Assembly: GCF_006345805.1 (NCBI RefSeq)
Contig: NW_021824162.1
Location: forward strand, 1-20,450
Source of the DNA: Octopus sinensis
Lineage: Eukaryota
Direction: 5' to 3'
Length of the DNA: 20,450 nucleotides
Below, in pieces: positions 11,356 through 20,450 of the stretch. The position numbers and the translations under genes were made by a program. Below the pieces are notes generated by a model, which had not been told where the DNA came from, ran no database searches, and was given only the letters and a program-made list of their open reading frames with translations. Position 1 is the stretch's first letter; each line of letters begins with the position of its first letter.

Positions 11356-12028
11356 AAGTCTTAGCACCAGTGGAGTATAAATTAAGACATGACAGAGTTG
11401 GCCACTATCTACACTGGCTAATAAGTCGGCATTACAATATCAAAACTGCCGACAAGTGGTATAATCACCACCCTGAGGCTGTAACTGAAGGAGAAAATGT
11501 AACCATTCTGTGGGACTTTCCAGTACATACAGACCGAACCATCAAGGCCAATAAACCAGATATTGTTGTAAAAGACCAAAACAATAAAGTTTGCTTATTG
11601 ATCGACATGAGCATCCCCTGTGATCATAATATCTCAGCGAAAGAGTTTGACAAGCTCAGAAAATATAAAGACCTACTCATTGAAATTGAGAAAATGTGGC
11701 ATCTCAAGGCGGTTACAATACCAGTGATCGTAGGAGCACTAGGAATGATCAAGAAGGAACCGAAAATTATATGAGAATGATCCCTGGCTTACCATCCCTG
11801 CAAGAAGTGCAAAAGATTGTCTTAACTGGTACATCACACGTATTGAGAAGAGCATTGTCGATGTGAGGACTGTTGCTGCTCATGTATTTTAATTTAACTT
11901 AAAAAAAAAATGAACGAACTATTGAGTTTGGTTTAATGGCCTACCAATGTATACTATGAGTTTCTTTGCCCTAGGAGTCGGGAAGACACTCGGCAAGAAA
12001 TGGAAGCAAATTTGAAAGAAGAAAAAAG
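11356..12028 (+). mobile_element. R4/Dong-clade non-LTR retrotransposon, 5'-truncated (RLE domain plus 3' UTR), inserted in (TAA)n
   Basis: VLAPVEYKLRHD...ILWD...NKPDIVV...LLIDMSIP...DKLRKYKDL...PVIVGALG. After one frameshift near 11758 it continues TENYMRMIPGLPSLQEVQKIVLTGTSHVLRRALSM* (stop 11864-11866). TAA repeats flank both sides (about 11307-11356 and from 12029), the known Dong target. Confidence 0.93.
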
Positions 12029-12051
12029 TAATAATAATAATAATAATAATA

Positions 12052-12134
<83 letters not shown>
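12029..12134. repeat. (TAA)n switching to (TTA)n: palindromic microsatellite junction
   Basis: The orientation switches at about 12084. Confidence 0.95.
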
Positions 12135-12137
<3 letters not shown>

Positions 12138-12652
12138 TGAGAGAGCAGTGCATGCCATCAAAGTGACACTAGGGTAAAATATACGAAGACCAGTATACCC
12201 ATCATGACTACCCGTCTGATAAGGGTACACCAGGCACATGCATCACAAACATAAGTGCGCGACATGATGATCTCATATCAAGATAAACAGCACATGACCT
12301 TGTAGGTGGGGCCCAGTTAGAATTTTCTTCTGGTCGAGTAACCCATCCTGCTCAAAAGGTCCCTGAGTAAGGGTTGTTTAAGGATGTTGAACGAAACACC
12401 CATGTTTCCAGAGGTGAATTATTCAAACCCCAAAGAATCCCTCTCAACACATGGCTATGATACTCCCCCACTACTTCTGCTTGTGATCAGAGATGCACAT
12501 ATCATCAGCCACTAAGGGACATGCTCAACTGGTTAACGTCGAGCAACTGACAAGCAAATCTGTGGTATTGAGCAGAATATTTGCTGGAGCCCATCCTCTA
12601 TACCAAGAAGATGGGCTACATCTTCGTTCAACATCCTTCAACAACCCTTACT
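12135..12652 (-). mobile_element. Interspersed repeat flanked by (TAA)n on both sides in minus orientation, probably a non-autonomous retroposon or LINE 3' UTR
   Basis: About 520 bp of non-coding sequence between TTA/TAT tracts. It resembles a high-copy octopus repeat from memory. Orientation is inferred from the microsatellite polarity. Confidence 0.55.
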
Positions 12653-12746
12653 ATTATTATTATTATTATTATATTATTATTATTATTATTATTATTGTTG
12701 TTGTTCTTTGCCAATAGGGCCGGCATATCGGAGAAGATACAGTAGA

Positions 12747-12983
12747 AAAGGCGGTGAGAGCTGGCAGAATCTTTAGTACGTCCGGCGAAATGCTAAGCGG
12801 TATTTCTTCTGCCGTTACCTTCTGAGTTCAAATTCACCCGATGTCGACTTTGCCTTTCATCCTTTCGGGGTCGATTAAAGAAGTACCAGTTACGCACTGT
12901 GGTCGATATAATCGACTTAATCCGTTTGTCTGTCCTTGTTTGTCTTTTCTGTGTTTAGCCCCTTGTGGGTAGTAAAGAAACAG
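12747..12983 (+). mobile_element. Full-length tRNA-derived SINE with Meta-domain-like core and 11-bp TSD
   Basis: A box AGCTGGCAGAATC, B box GAGTTCAAATTC, core GCCTTTCATCCTTTCGGGGTCGAT. The TSD GATACAGTAGA lies at 12736-12746 and 12984-12994. Confidence 0.92.
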
Positions 12984-13149
12984 GATACAGTAGACATGGA
13001 CAGTGGGGATTTCACGCAGAGACAACGAGTACACAGTTAAAAGAATAACAATGATGTCCAACAAAAGAATATAACAATGAAAGTTCGAAATAGGCGCAGG
13101 TAATCCCCTGGAGTTGGCTCAGGTACCCACACCCCAATCCTGAACCACT

Positions 13150-14045
13150 CGACGCGAACTCCTATGGTTTGTATCACCGTTCTCGCTCCAAGTTAAATCT
13201 CTAGCAAAATTACTTTTCAAAATTATAAAATCTAATTTTTGTCCACAACATAAAAAATCTTAGCCTATATTTAATAAATCATCAGTGAAGATCTACTCTA
13301 CTGCACCTAACTATAGTTGTCTATAAAACTATATATAACTATATAATAACCTCCTGGAAAAAACATAAACTCCAACACCAGTCCTCTAAGTATCTAAACT
13401 CTTGCACTGCATCACAAGCTAACCTTGACAATACAATAATACAAACCTTAATAAGCTACTTCAATTGTGTAATACTAAACTTCAGCCAATATTCTACAAC
13501 CCTATCTACGAGACGAAAAATATTAGTTCCGATACAACCTCCCAATCCGATACTAATATAAATCCTAATTTAGATTCTCCCCACTAACAACAAACCAACC
13601 AACATCAACATTACTAATAGTAAACCCCAACCACTTGCAACTGACCGCTCTGAAATATACGGTATGCAGGCCCCTGTCTCCTGAAAAGCGTAAGCTATAA
13701 GTGCCACGTGATGACCCCGTGCACCCACCAGGCAAGGGTGCATATTTGTGGCACTGAGGATTTTGAATGCCGTTGTCGTGCTCATATGTATTCTTTCACT
13801 AATCCCAAATCTAAACTATTTCTATCTTTAGCAACACACATATACAACCTCAATTCAAAACAATATCCAATACTCTCTATCGTGGTCCATAGTATGTGAA
13901 GCTCCCCTCTACAACACAAATATAGGTAAATGTATGTTATCTATAAAAGGGTCATTAACTATTCTTCGCCACCACAACTCCTCGCTTTTATATTCTCTGA
14001 CGTTATTTATTCATGTAAGCATAAATACTGCCCGACATTCAGGCC
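13150..14045 (+). pseudogene. Penelope-like element C-terminal relic (thumb/linker plus GIY-YIG endonuclease)
   Basis: RRELLWFVSPFSLQVKSLAKLLFKIIKSNF...PIFNKSSVKIYSTAPN (WFNPPFS...IFN...K.SYS..PN). Then TCN*...GPCLLKSVSYKCHV...VHICGTEDFECRCRAHMYSF...LATHIYNL / YSLSWSIV...YNTNIGKCML...SCKHK, a degenerate GIY-YIG with its Cys/His motifs. Confidence 0.85.
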
Positions 14046-14206
14046 CTTCACTAACTCTAAATAATCATATAGCAAGCCCCGGGCCCATCAAATTTCTAAT
14101 GTAAAACAAGAGTCAACCTGACAATCGACAAGTGAACACATTCTAAATAGCTTATATGTGTGTGTGTATGCCTATGTACGCATATATGTATATATGTATA
14201 TATATA

Positions 14207-14287
<81 letters not shown>

Positions 14288-14296
14288 CTATATCTT

Positions 14297-14341
<45 letters not shown>

Positions 14342-14875
14342 TTATTTTTTTTTTATTTATATATATATATATAAGCATATGCATAAATCTGAAATATCCA
14401 AACTACTGCATTTACAAATACATATATACATACAAGCTCTTACATACATACATGCAAACACACACACATATACGCACAAATATATACATATATACTCCTA
14501 CATTAATACACAGTATTAAAAACATAAAGTAGTCAGCATATATATAGATGCCCACAGAATATAAATATATATACACGCATCCCAAATTTATTCCAAGTAT
14601 TATGATCAATCGATTTTTCCTCCTCCTCTCACCCTCCTAAATCTCTCCAACACAGCTGTGAGAGCTTGCCGACACTCCCGCTGCCAAGCGCCTTTTCTTG
14701 GCCAACGCTTCACTCAGTATGTAGCTTCACTATTCTAAATAACCATATAGCAATCCCCGAGGCCCATCAAATCTCTAATGTAAAACAAGAGTCACCTGAC
14801 AATCGACAAGGGAACACATTCCAAATAGCTTATGTGTGTGTGTGTGTGTGTGTGCCATGTACGCATATATTAATA

Positions 14876-14964
<89 letters not shown>

Positions 14965-15883
14965 TTATTATTTATTTATATTATACCTAAGCTATGCAAT
15001 ATCTGAAATATCCAAACTTGCATTTACAATACATAATATATACATACAAGCTCTTACTACATGCATGCAACCACCCACAATCCGCACAATATATATACAT
15101 ATATACTCCTACAGTAATACACGTATTAAAAACATAAAGTAGTCAGCATATAGATAGATGCCCACAGAAATATAAATATATATAACACGCATCCCAAATT
15201 TATTCCAAGTATTATGATCAATCGATTTTTCCTCCTCCTCTCACCCTCCTAAATCTCTCCAACACACTGTGAGACTTGCCGACACTCCCCTGCCAAGCGC
15301 CTTTTCTTGGCCACGCTTCATCAGTACTGTAGCTTCACTAATTCTAACTAACCATCTAGCCGCCCCGAGGCCATCAAATCTCTAATGAAAACAAGAGTCA
15401 ACCTGACAATCGACAAGGGAACACATTCCAAATAGCTTAGATGTGTGTGTGTGTGTGTGTGTGCCTATGTACGCATATATTATATATATATGTATATATC
15501 ATATATATATATATATAATATATATATATATATATTAATAATATATATATTATATATATATCTATTGTATAAGTATATGGTATTTCCTTATTTATATATT
15601 ACATATAACCTGCAATAAATCTGAAATATCCAAACTTGCATTTACAAATACAATATATACATACAAGCTCTTACATACATGCATGCAAACACCCCACATA
15701 TACGCACAATATATATACCATATATACTCCTACAGTAATACACATATTAAAAACATAAGTAGTCAGCATATAGATAGATGCCCACAGAAAATAAATATAT
15801 ATACACGATCCCAATTTATTCCAAGTATTATGATCAATCGATTTTTCCTCCTCCTCTCAACCCTCCTAAATCTCTCCAACACA
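14046..15883 (+). repeat. Tandem repeat, ~610-bp unit, three copies (14046-14654 lacking the first ~70 bp, 14658-15266, 15269-15883); a fourth copy at 19040-19653
   Basis: Recurring strings GTGAGAGCTTGCCGACACTCCC, AAACAAGAGTCAACCTGACAATCGACAAG and ATTCCAAGTATTATGATCAATCGATTTTTCCTCC. Each unit contains an (AT)n tract. Confidence 0.95.
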
Positions 15884-16641
15884 CTCCCAAATTTCTTCAT
15901 TTTTGCTTTCACCGTCTCTACTGTCATTCGACCCTTCTCGCTTCAAATAATAATTAACAAAAGTCAATACTGAGAAAAATACCGACCCGATTTTTTGTAC
16001 TACTAACACTCTTCACCACTCCCTCGAACCTGAAATATGTTCTTAAAAAAGACCCCACTTGTAATTTGAAATGGAATTGCTGTTTCATTAGTGCACAAGC
16101 TAGAAGGGGATACTCCCTCAACATTCAGATGAATTACTTATTTATTCACATCGTTTACAATTAATCATACGTTATCTTCTAGCTTTGAGATTTTGATTAT
16201 GTGATTGCTTACTTTTAGAATAACTTTGCATGGTAGTTGTGAAAGGGCTGATGTGTTCAGTTTCAACAGAAAACAGGAAGAATATTTGGGCCCGACGTAG
16301 CCAGTGCCAATGCTAATGGTTAACTGAAAATTACTGAAGTAAAAATAAAAGCATAAAAAACTTTTAGGTAATTTGGGGACACAAACTTATGAGGTCTTAA
16401 CGGTGGTGAACCTTTTTATCCCATCCAAAATGCCGTTGAGGTGTCTGGACGATGGCCAATACATGGCCGATATAATATAATGAAAATCGTAACTTACCAA
16501 AGAATTGGTTTCACATCTGTTCGTAAGAGTTAGTGAATGTTTATATATATATATATATGTGCGCATATATATATATATTGCGTCATTTGTTTATTTACCA
16601 TACATTTTTTCATTGAAGTAGCGGAACACAACGCACACGAT

Positions 16642-16660
<19 letters not shown>
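15269..16660 (+). repeat. ~1.4-kb direct duplication, copy 1
   Basis: Near-identical to 19040-20450, with mostly single-base indel differences. Confidence 0.95.
16115..16323. mobile_element. Decayed piggyBac-like MITE
   Basis: Ends CCCTCAACATT ... AATGCTAATGG|TTAA (degenerate CCCTTTAGCATT-type TIR, TTAA on the right only). Family resemblance is recalled from octopus repeats. Confidence 0.5.
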
Positions 16661-16716
<56 letters not shown>

Positions 16717-16775
16717 ATATGTATATATTATATATATATATACATATATATATATATGTGTGTGGTGTGTGTGTA
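16643..16775. repeat. (AT)n/(GT)n microsatellite
   Basis: Directly visible. Confidence 0.93.
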
Positions 16776-17049
16776 GATATAGATTGGCGTCTTTATTTCT
16801 CATTATATGAATGCAATATGAAAAGTTTGCGTCAGCAGTCAAAGATGGGCGTTGATAGTTGAAGAGTGTAAATGAGAGAGGGGAAAGAAAGTGATAGAAA
16901 GAGAGAGAGAGAGGGCGGGAGAAAGAAGAGGAAGAGAGTTTTGTGTGTGTATGTGTGTGTGTATATGCGTAACTCTATGAGACTGTTTGCATCCACAGAA
17001 CTGAAATTAACTTGAAATAACCTAAGTACTATTTTACAAATTGTGACGT

Positions 17050-17203
17050 CTGTGTGTGTGTGTGTGTATATGTATGTATATATATATAAACACGCACACA
17101 GAGTTATCAGAATTATATATACGTATATATTCATGTATATGTATATATCTATATCACACATATATATTATATATAACTATATTATATATATATATATATA
17201 TAT

Positions 17204-17238
<35 letters not shown>

Positions 17239-17310
17239 GTGTATATATATATATTATATATTATATATATATAGTTAATATAATATATATATATATATTA
17301 ATATATTTTA
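17050..17310. repeat. (GT)n plus degenerate (AT)n microsatellite
   Basis: Directly visible. Confidence 0.9.
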
Positions 17311-17344
17311 TGCACATTTTGTGTGGTGTGCCGAATCACTGAAA

Positions 17345-17795
17345 TCTGAAATATTATTAGAAGAAATTTACCAAAAACTTTCAACCATGATAAAAATGAT
17401 TGCCTTGCTGATGCCTTCCATGAAATGGCACAAAAGACGCAAATCTACATAGAAACACTTTATTCCCTTCTTACATACCAACAACAAAATGAGAACCAAA
17501 GCAGAACTCCAGAAACGGATATCCACAACCTAAATTCAACCACACAAAACGTACTAAAAGAATTGAATGAACTCAGCTTGGAAAAAGGAGACATACAAAA
17601 AGAGAAATCAAATGAAAAACATCCGGGTTAAGATATTAAATAAAAGAAAACAAGCATATTGCAGAGCCCTAAACAATGAAAACCTAGCCAACACTTATGA
17701 ACAGTGGAGGGGCAGAGAAGAAGTAATACTCTCAAGAAACGTTCGTATCAAAGAAATAACGTCAGAAGCAAAGGAAGAAACAAAAATATTTGAGA
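17345..17795 (+). pseudogene. Probable non-LTR retrotransposon ORF fragment (family unresolved, ORF1-like)
   Basis: A-rich, coding-like sequence in overlapping frameshifted ORFs (…ILNKRKQAYCRALNNENLANTYEQWRGREEVILSRNVRIKEI…). No diagnostic catalytic motif. Confidence 0.35.
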
Positions 17796-18622
17796 AAAAT
17801 CGTTTAAAAGCGACATTAACCGGAAATGATCAAAATATTGTTATACGATCAGACGACAGATTTTCATGTTTTAGAATCAATCTCACTTTTGCTCGATAAC
17901 TATTGATCATCGATCTCTTCCCTAATACAACGTCTAAAGTCAAAATTAAAATGAAGTACATTTCTAACTTCTTTGTTAGACCCTCCAGTGTTCACATTGT
18001 CATCCACCATTCTCTTCGTGAAGAATCTCTGAAGTTTAAGCTGGATGTGCTACAAATAGCAGCCAAATATTTCCTGTGAGCAGACGATAGATTCATTAAA
18101 CGATAGTGTCACTTCAGAAAATCATGTTATCGATAACGATAATAATTTACATGGTATATATAATGATTGACATGGAAGCAAACGATACAAATTCATTTAA
18201 CAATAGTTCGTTTCAGAAAATTACACTTGTAAAATAAAGTTTATGATAGAGAAATTATAACAATTCTGAAGAGGAATTAAAGGTTTTAGCAGCTTTAAAG
18301 TTATGGGAAAAGAATTTTCGTTATCAAAGTAGCAATATTTTATACGAAAGAAGGATGACAAACGAGGATTTTGTGGTGTGAAGGGTCTTCAAATGTATAT
18401 GTCCTGGTGTGTGTGTGTGTGTGCGTTTGTTTGTGTGTGTGTGTGTGGTGTGCGTTTGTTTGTGTGTGTGTATTTGTGTGTGAGTGAGTGTGTGTGTGTG
18501 TTTGTGTGTGATGCAATGAGATACGTAACCATGCATAAGTGTTTCTTTAATATAAAACTGAAGTGAATATTAATGATAATATTAAATGATAATATTAAAT
18601 TATTAATTTTACTATGAACGAG

Positions 18623-19107
18623 GTTTAGTCTTCAATGTTATCAGTCTCGTCCACCAAACTACTTCTTTAGCCACCGGACAGAAGAAACTGCTTTTCCTTC
18701 CCGGCCAAAAGAAGGTGGCGGGGCGATCTTTACAATGAACTCGGCTCGTAAACTGGACGAACGAGTGCATACAGGACTATTTCATCGCCCTGCGCTCACC
18801 CCTGACATATCCGTCCGACAACACTTTCGTATCTGTAGAGCTTGTCTTGAATCGGCAGAGCTCCCCGGTAGCACTGCCAGGCCAGGGATTCCTGGAAGTT
18901 AAAGACCAGTTAGTTGATTCACCCCACCAACGCCAAGAATTTACCCCGATTTCGTCGTTGTTCTTTCCCCTCTACTAATCCCCTCTATAAATCCATGGTT
19001 GAACTTTCAATGCCCGCGTTGCCCGACTGGCAGAAAGCAGTGAGAGCTTGCCGACACTCCCGCTGCCAAGCGCCTTTTCTTGGCCAACGCTTCACTCAGT
19101 ACTGTAG
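18623..19107 (-). pseudogene. L1/Tx1-clade ORF2 C-terminal fragment (zf-RVT region)
   Basis: Not in the ORF track. Minus strand ...RECRQAL...RGLVEG / NFQESLAWQCYRGALPIQDKLYRYESVVGRICQG*AQGDEIVLYALV / ...AKEVVWWTR matches W...gaLP...C..C...ET..H (decayed) and K..iW..R. Confidence 0.78.
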
Positions 19108-19254
19108 CTTCACTAATTCTAAATAATCATATAGCAAGCCCCGAGGCCCATCAAATCTCTAATGTAAAACAAGAGTCAACTTGACAATCGACAAGTGAAC
19201 ACATTCCAAATAGCTTATATGAGTGTGTGTGTGTGTGCCTATGTACGCATATTG

Positions 19255-19323
<69 letters not shown>

Positions 19324-20450
19324 GATATATAATATGTATATATTTATTTATTATTTTTTATATATATAAATATAAGCTATGCAATAATCTGAAATATCCA
19401 AACGCATTTACAAATACATATATATACATACAAGCTCTTACATACATACATGCAAACACACACCTATACGCACAATATATATACATATATACTCCTACAT
19501 TAATACACAGTATTAAAAACATAAAGTAGTCAGCATATATATAGATACCCACAGAAATATAAATATATATAACACGCATCCCAAATTTATTCCAAGTATT
19601 ATGATCAATCGATTTTTCCTCCTCCTCTCACCCTCCTAAATCTCTCCAACACACATCCCAAATTTCTTCAAATTTTTGCTTTTCAACCGTCTCTACTGTC
19701 ATTTGACCCTTCTCGGCTTCAAACAATAATTAACAAAAGTCAAATACTGAGAAAAATACCGACCCGATTTTTTGTACTACTAACATTCTTCACCACTCCC
19801 TCGATCCTGAAATATGTTCTTAAAAAAGACCCCACTTGTAATTTGAGATGGAATTGCTGTTTCATTAGTGCACAAGCTAGAAGGGGATACTCCCTCAACA
19901 TTCAGATGAATTACTTATTTATTCACATCGTTTACAATTAATCATACGTTATCTTCTAGCTTTGAGATTTTGATTATGTGATTGCTTACTTTTAGAATAA
20001 CTTTGCATGGTAGTTGTGAAAGGGCTGATGTGTTCAGTTTCAACAGAAAACAGGAAGAATATTTGGGCCCGACGTAGCCAGTGCCAATGCTAATGGGTTA
20101 ACTGAAAATTACTGAAGTAAAAATAAAAGCATAAAAAACATTTTAGGTAATTTGGGGACACAAACTTATGAGGTCTTAACGGTGGTGAACCTTTTTATCC
20201 CATCCTAAATGCCGTTGAGGTGTCTGGACGATGGCCAATACATGGCCGATATAATATAATGAAAATCGTAACTTACCAAAGAATTGGTTTCACATCTGTT
20301 CGTAAGAGTTAGTGAATGTTTATATATATATATATATGTGCGCATATATATATATTGCGTCATTTGTTTATTTACCATACATTTTTTCATTGAAGTAGCG
20401 GAACACAACGCACACGATTATGTGTATATATATATGTATATATATATATA
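19040..20450 (+). repeat. ~1.4-kb direct duplication, copy 2 (runs to the window edge)
   Basis: Near-identical to 15269-16660. Confidence 0.95.
19892..20101. mobile_element. Decayed piggyBac-like MITE (duplicated copy)
   Basis: Same as 16115-16323; ends AATGCTAATGGG|TTAA. Confidence 0.5.

Noticed and set aside
14110-14150. CTGACAATCGACAAGTGAAC as a hammerhead in each tandem unit (retrozyme-like array)
   Set aside because: Both core boxes are mutated (CUGACAA, GAAC) and stems I-III cannot be formed; at best an unrecognisable relic.
14046-15883. CRISPR-like or repeat-spacer array
   Set aside because: Units are about 610 bp and fully repeated, with no unique spacers or cas genes; the context is eukaryotic.
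13050-15900. Nuclear mitochondrial insertion with a repeated control region (C/A-skewed composition, AT repeats)
   Set aside because: The sequence translates to Penelope-like linker and GIY-YIG motifs; no mitochondrial gene or tRNA is recognisable.
14156-19579. Numerous YI/CV/HT-repeat ORFs in the ORF track
   Set aside because: Artefacts of (AT)n, (GT)n and (AC)n microsatellites.

Overview
AT-rich, microsatellite-dense eukaryotic non-coding DNA, almost entirely made of decayed and nested transposable elements. The SINE and MITE families resemble, from memory, those of Octopus genomes, so a cephalopod origin is inferred but not verified. No intact protein-coding gene, tRNA or rRNA is supported. 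From left to right: a possible Helitron-like 5' end; an R4/Dong RLE fragment; an L1/Tx1 relic (ORF1 zinc knuckle and ORF2 APE) split by a mariner; a hAT (Charlie/Buster-type) transposase pseudogene interrupted by an 816-bp solo LTR with a 4-bp TSD; a CORE-type SINE; a 103-bp inverted repeat enclosing a near-intact type I hammerhead ribozyme, with more decayed hammerhead-like motifs nearby; Penelope-like RT and GIY-YIG relics; a Dong-like element inside a (TAA)n tract, tail-to-tail with another TAA-flanked repeat; two related tRNA-derived SINEs; and a chimeric ~610-bp tandem repeat within a ~1.4-kb near-identical duplication that may be partly an assembly artefact. The hammerhead inside the inverted repeat is the best lead. 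I cannot establish a wholly new biological system from the sequence alone.
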